64,000 bases of DNA from the human T2T-CHM13v2.0 reference genome, Homo sapiens: the NCBI RefSeq assembly GCF_009914755.1, contig NC_060937.1. One strand, written 5' to 3'. The position numbers and the translations under genes were made by a program. The notes under the pieces are model-generated. The model was not told where the DNA came from and ran no database searches. It saw nothing but the letters and a program-made list of their open reading frames with translations. Shown piece by piece: positions 1 through 13,218 of the stretch (positions are counted from its first letter, which is position 1; the number at the start of each line of letters is the position of its first letter).

Positions 1-2931
1 GATGGAGAGTGTTGTGTCTGTATCCATCCCCCTCCATCTCAGAAGCAGCCGTCCCTTCTTTGTAATATTGCCCTGAATATACTGATCTCTTAGTCATTTT
101 TTGTGCACACAAGGTGTGTGAGGACACCAAATCACACAGGTTGATTTCTGTGGTTACTTTCAGTAGTGTGGCATGTGGGTAAAGACTAAAGGAAAGGTTT
201 TAAACGCAGCCCTAGGTTTTGGTTCCTTTCATGGTAAGAAAGAGTTACTGCAGAAGTGTGTATGACTTAATGTTTTGCGCTATCTACAGAGAGGCTCAGA
301 AGCGTTTAAGATGTCAGGGAAAGAAATGGAAAGAAGGAGAGGAGAATCATACATTGAGGATAATTAACAGTAGTTCATATTTAGTGCTTTGTAAATGGAG
401 GTTTTGTTTTGTTTTGTTTTGTTTTTAAATGCAGCCAAGCTTTTTAAACAGTTTTCTCTGCAATAGATCTAGTCTTTGACATACTGTAAGGTTGGGCTTT
501 GGGAGGCAAGACATAAATCGAGAGCAATCAGTTGAGTATTGTATTTGGTGTGGGGTCACAGGAATATAACAATATGCTTACAGGGGTACTTTGTAACACC
601 CATGCAGTCATTTTTCAGCTAAGCAATTATTTTTACTTACTCTATTGGAAAACTGAGAGAAAGCTGCAGCTACATCAGTGGTGTCCTGAGACATGCATTA
701 GATAATGTCTACGGTTTATGAACCTCGTAAATGCACAGAAAAGTTGAAGCTGTTTTTTTCCTTTTGCTAGTGTGTCAGGTCAAAGGAGATTATCTGTCTT
801 TGTTATATTCATTGCTGTTTAAAACAAAACACCTCTTTTTACTTTTTTGTACCTTTCAAATAAATCATCATGAAAAGTCAGTGTAAGTTTGAGGGAATGT
901 CACTAAGTTGATATAACCAAGTTCTTTTCAGAACACTACTAGAAATACAGTTTTCTTGAGTTTTAATTTTAACTAGCTGCAAATAAGAGGTCAGTACTTG
1001 CCATTTCTTTTTAAAAGAAGATAAATCTCAAACTGTTAGTATGTTAGCAGGTAACTGTATTTCTGTAATTTAAAGGAACACATTTTTAGTTGCAGTTTTG
1101 ATCTAACCAATATCATTTTTAAGTTAGATTATATTAGGCTATTTTAGTAAGTATTCCTATGCTTACTTAATACATTTTAACCTGGTAAGAGGCAGTAGAG
1201 CTTTCACAACCTGGAAACTGATTTGAATGTATAACCAGTTTGGACTCTGCAGCAGTAGCAATGTGTGCTGAATCAGTTCTTAACAGATGGGGTTTTTTAG
1301 ATATACGGTAGACTAAGAAAGGAAGTGAAATGTTTCTCTTGAGATAAAAAAGAAATTTAACTCTTCAGAGCAATGAAAATCTGACATGAAGTTTCAGTAT
1401 GCAGACGTTATTTTAGAGAACTTTACCATTAAGCTTAGAGTCACTAGAAATAAAGTAATACTGAGATAGTATATCCCCAAATCTACCTAAGATTTTGTAA
1501 CTGCAATGATATTTGGAATTTAAAGAGTTAGGTTTAAAATTTCTTTGTATGTATTTAAAGAATGCAATAGATTTTTAAATAGAAACTTTTGGAGAAAAGA
1601 ATAAATGACAAAAGGAGCTGTTTATTACTAAGTTGTTAATTATATTAATTGTGGAGTATAAATTAGTCATTTGAAGTGTAATTTTCTTGAACTGTAGATT
1701 TAGGGCTTTATTGTCCAATACACTCATGAAAATGTCATATGAAAATTTAAGTGGATTCTCAAAAATATGTGGAAGTCATGGGCATTTAAAAAACTGATTA
1801 TCAAACTTAATTCTATTTATTTAGTAAGTAAACCAATAAAATTCATATAGGACACTCAGTGACTCGTTAGAGTTTGGAAACCTTTAATATTAAATCTAAA
1901 ATGATTTTTTAAAATTTTCAGTTTTAGTTTAACACATTAAATAAAAATGTAAGGTGAAATAGTGAAATACCTATTACTGTGCCCTGAATGACAGAAAAGA
2001 AAGGAGAACTAATGAAACTTCAAAAAAAAGAGGAGTTTCTACCTTAAACAATACCTTTGTCTCAGTCGCCTTTGTCAGTATATTTTTCTTTCTTTTTCCT
2101 GTTTATTTTTTCTTCCTATGTAAGGATACTCATAAATACTTGGTTTTTAGGTGCTGTTTCTCACATGCCTTGGCCAAAGAATTAAAAGCTGGGCAGAGTG
2201 AAGTTTTAAGCATGCACTAAAGTGTAGGACTTCTTCAACAGAGCGGTGGCTGTAATTTTTCTGCTTTGTTTCCCAAAGGTCTAGAGACCTATTTTTACTA
2301 CTAGGTGGATTGTGGGAGTTTGGTGAGGAATCACCAATGTGATATGATATAAAATTAGTCATTTTTATTAGAGATGTATGTATTTTGTATAATGATGTTA
2401 TAGTTGACTTAAAACAGTGAAATATGGAATGGATAATGTTAGGAAGGTAGGTAAATTAGTTTGTGAATAAAGTTACAGTCAGAGTGCATTGTCAAGGATT
2501 TTGCATTGTAGCTCTACTAATGAAAGAAACTGATCGTTAACAAAGTTTGGCTTCTGGAGGAATTATTTAAAGTGGCAATATAAGAGAATTTAACTACAGA
2601 GAAGAGATTTTGTTGATTGTTTTCAGTTGTAAAACTGGCGTACTACCTAATCTATTACTTCTTTTGTAAACACACTTAACATATGTTTATATAAGCTTTA
2701 TCCATATTTGAAGTAAAAGCTATGTAAGTATCGTGTTATTGTTGCTTATAACATGGAAGTTTCTTTTATAAACATAAATTTCTAGAAAAATATGTTTATA
2801 ATAGAGGATTAATATTTACTTAGTGAAAGAATTCATAATTTTTTTGGAATGGCTTTCTTATGTGTATAGTATAATTCTATGATTATAATTATGGAATTTA
2901 ATTATAGACAAATTTTTTATGAATAACTGAA

Positions 2932-2968
2932 TTCATGAAATTTTTTCATGAAATTTTTTCATGGATTT
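2932..2968. repeat. 13-bp tandem repeat (TTCATGAAATTTT) x~2.8
   Basis: Read directly; the unit contains the palindrome TTCATGAA. Confidence 0.85.
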
Positions 2969-3919
2969 GTAGTTTTTTTTCATGAGTTACAGTGAGTTAT
3001 ATCAGTGTGTCCAGTTGTAGAAAATGATATTTCCTCTGATTTTTTTTTTTTTTTACATTCTAAGTGGCATGCTGTTGGCTGAACTGGAAGCCTAATAAGA
3101 TGCTTTGAAGGGATTTGTGGTTTACCAAATTTCTCTCATCTTGGCTTATGGATCATGGTATTTTTGTTAAAAGGGTAACTTTAAGGTTTTTTTTTTTTTT
3201 GTACTTGAATATGGCAGTAACTCTTCTTCCTTAGAGTTTTTTTAAATTTGCAGCTTGATAGTCATAATTTTCATTTTAAAGATATTTAGAATTTTACAAA
3301 CAAGGTGTCTTCTGCATTTGAATTATATTTATTTAAAAAATATACAGTTGCATCTTAGAATCATGGAGGTCCTTAATACTAATAAAACCACATTTATATT
3401 AAAATAATTTCCTGCATTTTAATTTATGTTGATATATAAGCCTTTTCATATTAATTTGAGTTGTATTTTATTCTCATGATTGGGTATGGAAAATAAAATT
3501 CAGGATTCATATGTAAATGCTCGAGGTTTCAATATCTTAAGGAGTTTTGAGATTTTCCTTAGAAATATTAATTTAGTCACATAATGACACTAAGGCAGCA
3601 AATATTCTGTGGTCAGTCAACGATCAAGTTATATTAATTTTAAATAAATGTTTTGTGTATTGCTAGCTGCTTTTTGGTAAATACTATGCTGCTAATTAAA
3701 AATATCTCAAGGTTCTTTATTCTTTTGCTATACTTTTCCCAAACAGTGTGAAATAATTTATTGGGTCTAACAGACCCAGTGCCCGTTTTGTGTCACTGGT
3801 ATAGCTGTATTATAAAATTCAGTCACCTGCATTTTTTTTTTAACTATATACTGAACATATTGTTATGCATTAGTTCCAGGTTTTCCATTTCTTGTCTTTA
3901 TACAATGTCAGCATATCTC

Positions 3920-4095
3920 TTTGGCATCACATATCACCCTGTAGCATTGCAGTTATTTATGTGTGTTTCCCTTCCTAGGCTGTGAACTCCATGAGGGCAG
4001 GAATTGATTTTATGTATATTTATTTTTTGTATTTCTAGGCCTTGGATAAGTTAAGTGCGTTTGTAGTGTGCAGGACACTGTATTAGGCAGTAATG
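3920..4095. mobile_element. L2 3' fragments
   Basis: CTAGGCTGTGAACTCCATGAGGGCAGG resembles the L2 3' end (+), followed by a short opposite-strand L2-like piece. Confidence 0.55.
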
Positions 4096-4450
4096 ATTAT
4101 GGTCAGTTTCTGAAGTTATGTTCAACATTACGGTCCAGACTTAGGATCCTGAAATAAACTCATATATAAAGTCAACTCATATAAACTTTATGTATTTCTT
4201 ATTCCTCAAACTAGAAATATGTGTTCAATGTGTATGATATTACCTGACTGTGTAGGCATTACTGCATATGTAGATGTTATTTTGAACTGGCATCTGTTAG
4301 TAAGTTCGAATCTGGTAAAAACTTTTCAGTAAACTTTTATGTATAATCAAATATAATCACATAACAAGGTCATGTTGTTAACAAAGAAAATACGTAATGC
4401 ATTGAAGAGAAATTGTAGAAAATATTGTTAGCATTTGTCATATTGCCAAG

Positions 4451-4949
4451 AATAGTGGACATCTCTTGTTTTTGTGTGTCTGGCGTACATGTCACCTCTT
4501 TGTAGTGGTACCTCAGTTTTCCTTTGATGACTCACTTATTCCCCATTTGTAGTTCAGCTGGTTTAGGTGGGTCTACCCCACTGCCTGCCTTGAGGGTCAG
4601 ACATCTAACCTAGGTGTGGCAAGAATTGTGGTGATTGGTTCAGGGACAAACATTTAACCCAAGGGTAGCGAGCCAGAGTAGGTTCCAGGAATTGTGCTGG
4701 AAGGCTTTCTGATGGGGATGCTGAATGTGTAAATTCTTAAGAGTTGTAGGTCCCTGTCTTAGAATTTGATCAGGTGTAAAGCAAACAACCTCATGATTCT
4801 GTTGGAGAACCTAGAGTTCTTTATGTCTGTGGTGATTATCTTCTAACCATTAAATTATCTCCTTTAAAATTTACTATTGTTATTTATTTCAAATCAGTGT
4901 AAGTTGGGTTTTTTGTCACTTGTAAATAGAAGGAATCCCCAGTAACATA
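4451..4949 (+). mobile_element. Ancient ERVL LTR (LTR33/LTR16-like), 5' LTR
   Basis: TAGTGGACATCT start, GTGATTGGTTCAGGGA core, AGTTGGGTTTTTTGTCACTTG end motif. Confidence 0.7.
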
Positions 4950-6329
4950 GACATTAGTATCTGGAAATGACACATTGTAGGAAACAGACCTTAGATTTTG
5001 AAATGGAGTGGAAGGCAGTGAGAACTTTGTGGTCCTCTAGCAGTTCCGTTTTACAGAGCAGCTGTTTAAATTGTCACCTGTGTTATCTTTGTCAATGGAA
5101 CTACTGAGGTTGGAATTTTAGGGATGTTGGAATGTTTTGGTCACTTTTTGGGGTCTTTGATACAATGTCTTTTAAGAGAGCAGTTAACTTCGGTCCAAGT
5201 TAGCATGCTTGAAAGCAAAGCAGAAAGAAAATGTAGCCTTTCCAAGGCAGAGAGGCTCTTTCTGCCTGTAGCTGCCATCCAAGATAGCAGAGAATTAGAA
5301 TATTAAAGCTTTGTAGGTCATAAAGGCCTAAGTTTTTACCCCGTGCTAAAGTTGGCAAGAGGAAAGCCAAGAGTTTAAATGAGAACCAAATAAAGTTCTG
5401 TCTGATAAGCTTCTCCCAAGCCTCGCATGCAGTATACGCCAGCCTTCTGACCAAAGTAACAGTAATCCAGTTGTGAAGAGCTTTAAAATAGGATGCAACC
5501 AGGGAGCAAGTGATAGAATAGCTGTGCCTCCTCACCCAGTTTATTGTTTCACATTGCTTCAAGGAAGATCATTAAGCTGACGGTTAAGGGGATAAGAGTA
5601 CTGGGAAGGCCTATTGCTATGAGACTGAAACTTAAAAGCTGACAAGATCCTGACAGGATCTCCTGTTTTGGTTGCGAATTCAACTCCTTTTACTTAAGTA
5701 AATTGACGAAAAACTTACCAAAGTTTAAGGAAGCCATACTTCTAGAGAAACCTCAAGCCTGGTAAACAAAGGCCTGCATTCTTTTACTTCTAAGGCAATT
5801 CTAAGCTCCAGCAGTATAGCTGCTAGAAGGAAAATCTGCGTTATGGAGGCTAATAAGTGAGATCTTCTGAGATATAGTGGTAGTGAATGTGTTCATTTTG
5901 GCCGACCCAAGGAATTCCATTAGCAAGGACAGGGAATTCTTGTTACTCTGACCAATGATATATGGTTTATGCTTTGAAATTAGTTATCATGGTGTTTCTT
6001 TAACCTTCTCCAGTCTTCTAAGTGCAGTTATTGTTTCTTAATGTTCTTTTACCATTGTATATTAATTAGAAGTTATAGTTAAATTCATTATATAGCTATA
6101 TAATTGGTCAGGTTTGAGGTACCACCAAGAAGAATATTGTCATAACACAAAAATTTCAGACTTGAGGTTAGATGCAGTAATTTGTCTTTGTCTTTTTTCA
6201 CCCTCTGGTAAGGTGGTAAGTACACTTTCTATTGTGTCTAAGATAGCCATGTTAAACATGGATATTTAAGTAGTTATATGTATGAAAAGAAGTGAGTGTC
6301 TGAGATGGGTGGGTAGCCAAGGACTCTAA
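4950..6329 (+). mobile_element. Putative ~1.4 kb internal region of a non-autonomous ERVL/MaLR-like element
   Basis: Lies between two related LTRs; degenerate internal-start motif after the first LTR and purine-rich GGGTGGGTAGCCAAGG just before the second. Confidence 0.5.
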
Positions 6330-6822
6330 TGTTATAGATTTCTGACGGTTTTGGCTGCCTAGCATCCATTCTTTCTGCTGTTAACATTCTCGATTTTTTG
6401 ATACTCTTTTAGGGAGTCATTCTTGATTTTTATGGTCTGGGGCTTCACTGGACTTTATCCTGCTTTCCTGGACCAGACAGAGAAACTGACGTCTGGCCCA
6501 ACAGTAACTGGTATTGGTTATAAAATTTAGCTGCATTTCTGAGACAGCTTGATAACTTCTTTCTGAAGAAAGAAAAAGGTGCTTTCGCTGGGGTTGCTGA
6601 AAATGTTAGAATGTAAGTCTAGAATTGATTGCAGTCTGCACCATGAAGTCAGATTCTACTTGAGAACAGAGCTGTTAAAGAGGCACCTAAAACCAAGCCA
6701 TACATTGCTGATGGCAGCTTTGGATCCCCTCAAGTCAGTTTTATCTCCAGATGTTTCAGTGCATCATTTTGCCTTAAGCCAGTTTGAGTTGGGTTTCTAT
6801 CCATTTGTGCCCCAATATTCTA
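6330..6822 (+). mobile_element. Ancient ERVL LTR (LTR33/LTR16-like), 3' LTR
   Basis: TGTTATAG...GCCTAGCATCCATTC start and TTAAGCCAGTTTGAGTTGGGTTTCT end motif. Confidence 0.7.
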
Positions 6823-6982
6823 AATTAAAAAATATTTAAATACTAATGTTTAAATTAAATATTCTAATATTCTAAATTAAAAAATTTAGAATATTCTAAT
6901 TTTCTAAATTAAATATTTAGAAATATTTAATTTCTAATATTCTAAATTAAAAAAATTTTAAATACTTTAGGTATTAAATATT
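6814..6982. repeat. AT-rich patchwork of direct and inverted AATATTCTAAATT units
   Basis: Read directly; includes a perfect 13-bp inverted repeat at 6866-6878/6883-6895. Confidence 0.85.
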
Positions 6983-7145
6983 ACAGGACGAAGCATAAGA
7001 AAAATGTTTACTTGTCAAAGAACTTGATATATTTCAAGAAAGAAGAAATATACATGTTTAATTAATATAAAAATACTCACTTTGGCTAAATAAGAACATA
7101 AGGCAACAGATAACATGAAAAGGAAGTGATTAAAAAGAAATGACC

Positions 7146-7332
7146 AGCTGGTCATGGTGGCTCATGCCTGTAATTCCAGCACTTTGGGAGTCTGAGGTGG
7201 GAGGATTGCTTGAGCCAGGGAGTTCAAGACCAACCTAAGCAACAACCCTGGAGGTTGAGTCTGCAGTGAGCTGTGATCACGTCACTGCATTCCAGCCTGG
7301 GTGATGGAGTAAGATCCTGTCTCACAAAAAAA
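7146..7332 (+). mobile_element. AluJ with internal deletion
   Basis: Left arm joins directly to the distal right arm; A tail; AAAAAGAAATGA on both flanks (TSD). Confidence 0.9.
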
Positions 7333-7334
7333 GA

Positions 7335-7636
7335 AATGATGATTGTTTGCTAGGGCAAGTTAAAATAATCTTAAATGCTCTTTCTGGGCTCGTAAACTGT
7401 TACAGCTATTCCGAGTGACATTTTACCAATATGTATCAAGGATTTTAAAGAGGTTCCTATAATTTATTCTTAGTTCTTTAGGCTAAGGAAAAAAATACCT
7501 GTGGACAGGTATGAAAATTAAGTGTATTTTTATGATATAACATGTGGCAACAACTTAAATGTTCAACAATAGGAAAACATTAAATATATTATTTTTACAT
7601 CCATGTTATGAAATAACATACAGCTATTAAAACATT
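7335..7636 (+). mobile_element. Old L1 (L1ME-like) ORF2 end/3' fragment
   Basis: CAACTTAAATGTTCAACAATAGG...ACAGCTATTAAAA motifs. Confidence 0.55.
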
Positions 7637-7637
7637 C

Positions 7638-7775
7638 TGTGCCTCAGTTTCTTTGTGTGTAAAATGGGATTTCAACCTTATAAGATAGATATACAGGTTG
7701 TACAGATTAAATGGGTTAATATATGTAAAGTGCTTGGTATATAGTAAACTTTAGTTAGTACTTACTATTGTTGTT
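7638..7775 (+). mobile_element. MIR
   Basis: CTGTGCCTCAGTTTC...TGTAAAATGGG core and ATATATGTAAAGTGCTT 3' motif. Confidence 0.8.
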
Positions 7776-8364
7776 TTAGTTATTACCTTGGTCCTGAGAA
7801 TCACCTGACCATAGAAAGAAGTAATGACCTAACTGAAAGTGATCTGTCCTATTTTAGCTTGGAGTACCTGAGCCTAGTGACCTGTCAGGGAGGGGACTCT
7901 TAGGTACACACAGATCATGATCTCCTGCTGAAGCACAGGACATCTGTTGTCTTGAATCCTGCATAGTCTTTATCAGTGCCTGAGGTAGTTTTTCTGATTT
8001 CTTACTTTGCATGAGGAGGGTGAGAAACTGGGGATGGAAGAGGCAAGAGGTAACACCAGTTCCTTTGTGTGGAGTCTCTTCCATCTCTTCTCTCACAGGG
8101 CTGACTTTCACATGTTGATGTAGTAAGACATGAATGGTGATCCAAGGCAACTAGTAACTCCCTCTGGGAGTATTTGCTTAAATATTTAGAAGACTACTTG
8201 GGTAACAAGTCTAAGGGGCAAGTTAAAGGATTAAAAACTAATTTATGACTATTTTAGAAACTAACATTAGCCTATAGTTTAATAGCTCTTAACTATTTAC
8301 AGTACACTTGCGGAATTGAACACAGCAGTGTCCTCTAACCCTCAGAATAATTTCCTTTTATAGA

Positions 8365-8500
8365 TACCATTCCTGCTTTACATATGTAGAAACTAAGGCT
8401 GTAGAAAATGTGAAGTAATTAGACAAGGTTATCTAGGTACTAAGTAGCACAGCTGGGACTCAGACCTTCAGGTTCCAAAGCTAGAGTTCTTTCCCATTAC
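8365..8500 (-). mobile_element. MIR
   Basis: GAAACTAAGGCT...AAGTAATT...CAAGGT reverse core. Confidence 0.7.
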
Positions 8501-9277
8501 TAAGCAAATGTAGCTAGTACTTAGAAATTATCCCAAAAACAGCATGTATGAAGAGATGATGTTGGAAGGGGAGGGACCAGCCAGCCTCAGTGAGTTGATT
8601 CTCTGGTAGGGAATGTGTCCCATAGACAACTTAGGACAGGCTATTCAGAGGAAATTAAAAATGAATGCAGGTCAATTGAATGGATTTGTACACTAAAGTG
8701 ACTTAGCAAGAACTGTACCATGAGTTATTAATATTTGAGTTTTAGGAAATAATTGGTTATGTGGTAAATGGCTTTGAATTTTATACATTTTCACTGGGTA
8801 TAATGTGGATACTTGAGGGATTACTCTGAACCAGAATAGTAGTATGCATTAATATATTATACAGAAAAAGTAAATTCGTGATTTTCTTGTTATATATTGG
8901 AGGTAATTATTTGAACCACTGTATATACCATATTTGCTTGAATAAAACAAATGAGTTATAGAAGGAATTATACTAGCATCTGGGTAATATAATTTCTAAT
9001 AATTGTGATTTCTCTTTCAGTTTATGAAGATAGAGCAAACATTGGTTAATAGCAAATTTTATGGGAGTAAAAATATCTAGATATATTTCTCTTTAGCAAA
9101 TACTTTCATTTTCTGAGAAAAATAACGCAGCAGATTAAAAGATGGTATATAAATATTTTTATGTTATTTAATTTTTTTACATTTGGGAAGGGAATTGGCA
9201 TTTATAGATTGGGTTTGGGTTCATATCTTATGTTTTTAATGTCCTCTTCCAACTCCTTTGAAATAATAACTAATCTA

Positions 9278-9520
9278 TAACTGAGGTTAAGGAGCTTGTC
9301 CAAGATGGCAAAATTGCTTAGTAGCAGAATGAGATCCAAAGTTGGATCTTCCATTTCCAAGTTTTGCTATTTAAATACACCATTACCTTTGATAATGATG
9401 ATGATGACAGTGATAGAATCTTTACATGTCAGGCACTGTGTTAAGCATATGACCTATGTTATCTTATTTAATCATCTTGACCTGTATTGTGAAATATTCA
9501 GTGAAATAAAGTAATTGTCT
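9278..9520 (-). mobile_element. Two MIR fragments
   Basis: GAGGTTAAGGAGCTTGTCCAAG and ATGTCAGGCACTGTGTTAAGCA...TTTAATC motifs. Confidence 0.65.
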
Positions 9521-9965
9521 TTTTAAGCTAAGCAAGTCTGCTGTCTTAAAAGACAAGTGTTTTCAACTCTGAATATATAAACGATACTTGATTATAAAAT
9601 GTCATAGAATTATTTCACTTAATTTATACTAATTCTTTATAACTTGATCCCCCTTTCAAAGTCCTTGACTTTAAATGAAGTATTTAAATTTTTTTAACCT
9701 TAGGAGATATGAGTTATCAGTACAAGAATGTTCCTTTTATTATAATATATTGACTGTTACTTGATAGTTGTTACATTTCTCAAGTCATCATATTCTTCCA
9801 TCTTTTGTCTAAAGAACAGCTCATCTTTCAAGATTTAGCTCTTACCCCTATTTAAGTGACGTCTTCCCTGATATTCCCCTAAAAGCTATTCCTCCCAACA
9901 TGTACTTTCCCATAGAATTTTATACATATTTCAGATTTAGTACCCACACATTCTATTTTAAATTA

Positions 9966-10630
9966 CAGTTGGCCCTCTGTATCCATGGGTTCCATATCCG
10001 TGAATTCAGTTTGGATAGAAAATATATGAGAAAAAAATGGATGGTTGCATCCATACTAAACATGTATAGACTTTTTAATCTTGTCATTATTCTCTAAACC
10101 AGGGGTTCCCAACCCCTGGGCCACGGACCTGTTAGGAACTGGGCCGCACAGCAGAAAGTGGGCCATGGGTGAGCGAGCATTACCACCTGAGCTCTGCCTC
10201 CTGTCAGATCAGCAGTGCCGTTAGATTCTCAAAGGAGAGCAAACCCTATCATGAACTGCGCAAGCAAGGGATCTAGGTTGTGCGCTCCTTATGAAAATCT
10301 AATGCCTGATGATCTGAGGTGGAACAGTTTCATCCCAAAACCATTCCCCCTGAACCCCCCTATTCATGGAAAAATTGTCTTCCATGAAACTGGCTCCTGG
10401 TGCCAAAAAGGTTGGGGATCGCTGCCCTAAAGAATATAGTATAGAACTATTTACATAGCATTTACATTGTATTAGGTATTATCTGGAGAGGAGTTAAAGT
10501 ATACAGGAGGGTGTGCATAGGTTATGTGCAAATACTATACCATTGTATACCAGGAACTTGGGAATCTATGGATTTTGGTAACCACAGGGGGCCCTGGAAC
10601 CAATCCCCCAGAGATATCAAGGGACAACTG
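9966..10630 (-). mobile_element. MER2 (TcMar-Tigger), interrupted by MER1B
   Basis: Termini CAGTTGGCCCTCTGTATCC ... GATATCAAGGGACAACTG; sequence resumes colinearly after the nested element. Confidence 0.9.
10100..10424 (+). mobile_element. MER1B (hAT-Charlie) nested in MER2
   Basis: TIRs CAGGGGTTCCCAAC / GTTGGGGATCGCTG; degenerate 8-bp TSD CTCTAAAC/CCCTAAAG. Confidence 0.9.
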
Positions 10631-10936
10631 TGTTTGTTTACTTATCAGACTGCACTAGAGGCTCTGAATCTTTTGAGGATCAGCACATTATCTTACCTTG
10701 CTATTATGAGTATTTAACATAGTATCTGGCATTTTGTGGTGTTTAGTGAACTTTACTGTGGATATTTTCTCTCATCTTTGGTATAGTTAGTTTGCTTGTT
10801 TCAGTCATATTCAGCTTCGGCACAAATCTTATCTTTGCAGGCTATTCTGATTCTTTTAATTTCTACATTTTCCTCTTGCTTTAACATTTCAGTTTTTATT
10901 TTTGAGTGGGGGATGATTGGTGTACCTACATGTATG

Positions 10937-11274
10937 CAGTTGTCCCTTGGTATCCATGGAAGATTGGTTTCAGGACCCCTCAGGATACCAAAATCCATGG
11001 ATGCTCAAGTCGTTTGTATAAAATGGCATAGTATTTGCATATAACCAATGAATATCTTCTCATATACTTCAAATCATCTCCAGATTACTTATAATACCTA
11101 ATGCAGTGTAAATGCTAGGTAAATAGTTGTTCTGTTGCAGTGTTGAGGGAAGTGACAAGAAAAAATGTACATGTTCAATACAGATGCAACCATCTATTTT
11201 TTAAAAGAAATATTTTCGATCCCCTATTGGTTGAATCTATGGATGTAGAACTCATGGATACAGAGGGTCCACTG
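10937..11274 (+). mobile_element. MER2 (TcMar-Tigger), full length
   Basis: CAGTTGTCCCTTGGTATCC...GGATACAGAGGGTCCACTG-TA; inverted relative to the upstream copy. Confidence 0.9.
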
Positions 11275-11371
11275 TAAATACATGGTTTATATTTTAAAAA
11301 AAGTTTTCTGGATATTTGAGACTGGTAAGGAGTCAGAGTGTTTTTGGATCTGGTCAATGGCCTGACTCTTT

Positions 11372-11482
11372 CACTTGCATAGATGAGGAAACTGAGAACC
11401 AGGTAGGTTAAGATTCTATGGTCCTTCACAGACTAGGAATTAACACCCAGATTCCCTGACCCTTCGTCCAGTTCTTTTTTCA
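11372..11482 (-). mobile_element. MIR
   Basis: AGATGAGGAAACTGAG core. Confidence 0.75.
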
Positions 11483-11599
11483 TTTTATCTTGATGACTGT
11501 AGTTCTACTTTGCTTAAGCTCAGTTTCTGCTTTATAACTTTCATATGGAAACTTCCGTTTTTACTCCAGCAGGCTCAGAATACTTAAAATGATAGTTAA

Positions 11600-11965
11600 A
11601 TAAATTACTGATTAATCCTAATCTAGTGTGCTATTGCTAGAGTCAAGATACTTCTTGGGTACATAAAAGAGTAACATAATTCATACCTTCAAATAACTTG
11701 AAATTCAGAACAGGGAATGGAAGAATAAACAGATAAATTATAATGGATGAAAGTGATATTGTAGAGATAGAAACAAAGTGCTGTGGGAACATTAATGGAG
11801 CTCCTAACTTTCCTTGGAGGAGTTGGGAAGGCTTCATGGGTAGACGTCTTGTGAAAGGGATCTCGAAGGACAAGTAACTGTTCCAGGATTAAAAGAGCAG
11901 GAAAAGAACAGCTTTCCACAAAGGGATAGCTTGCACAGTGACAAGAGCCACGAAAGAGTGTTTTC
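11600..11965 (-). mobile_element. L2 fragment
   Basis: ACAAAGTGCTGTGGGAAC...GGGAAGGCTTC motifs of antisense L2. Confidence 0.6.
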
Positions 11966-12089
11966 ATGGTTTTTTGCCTTAATGCTAACTATAGACTACA
12001 GTAAATTAAATCAACTTTATTTCTTTTTGTAGAAATCATTTTTTTTTAAAATTCTAGTAGTACAGTTGACCATTCATATCTTTCAGTTA

Positions 12090-12326
<237 letters not shown>

Positions 12327-12799
12327 AGAGGTATGTATTTTTTCTATCAACTCTCCCTTTTATTTGACTGTTGAAAGATATATTGTTATACCCATTGCAG
12401 AAAAATTATAAACCTGTGCACATGGTAGGCATTTAATAAATATCAAATGAATGAAGTACAAAAATGAATGAGACTCACTGGCAAAGAAAAAAGACGACTT
12501 TAATTTTGAGTATATTGTAATTCTGAAGAGAATGTAAAGATGAATAGATGAAAATTAACATTTTAACATTTGGCATTTACGTTTATTTTCAGTAGTCTTT
12601 GAGGTGAATGATGATTAACTTTTTAAGGAAATTAGTGTTTTCCATTTATAAAAAATGAAATTTATATACAAATAATCAATTTTTTATAAGAGCAAAAAAA
12701 CAATGGTTTTGAAAGTCAGTGAAAGTTGTTTTTTTTTTTTTTTTTGGTCATTAGGTTTATTCCCAGGCTGGCCTGATATGTTCAAATTCTTGATATCTT

Positions 12800-13218
12800 T
12801 ATCTTTTTATAGAGGTAAAATATACATAACATATAATTTATTTCAACCCTTTTTAAAATTTTGTTTTCAATTGACACATAATTGTATGTATTTCTGGGGT
12901 CTAATGTGATGTTTTGATACATGTATACATTGTGTAAAAATCAAATTGGGGTAGTTAGCATGTCCATCACCTCAACTATTTATAATTTCTTTGTGATAAG
13001 AACACTCAAAATCTTCTGGTTATTTTGAAGTACACAGTACAATATTGTTAATCATAGTCACTGTATATTTTAACCATTTTAAAGTTTACAGTTTGGTGGC
13101 ATTAAGTGATTTCACGTTGTTGTTCAACCATCATCACCATCCTTGTCCAGAATTTTTTCATCTTCCCAAACTGAAATCCTGTGCCCATTAAATAGTAACT
13201 TCCATTTCTCCTCTCCCA
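12800..13218 (-). mobile_element. L1MB 3' end with nested L1MA 3' fragment
   Basis: Two recognisable antisense L1 3'UTR termini, at about 12803 and 12850. Confidence 0.75.

Noticed and set aside
9005-9070. Acceptor TTTCTCTTTCAG
   Set aside because: Only weak donors downstream; such sites are common in T-rich introns.
10641-10652. 12-nt match to miR-21 (CTTATCAGACTG)
   Set aside because: Partial match without a precursor hairpin; chance.
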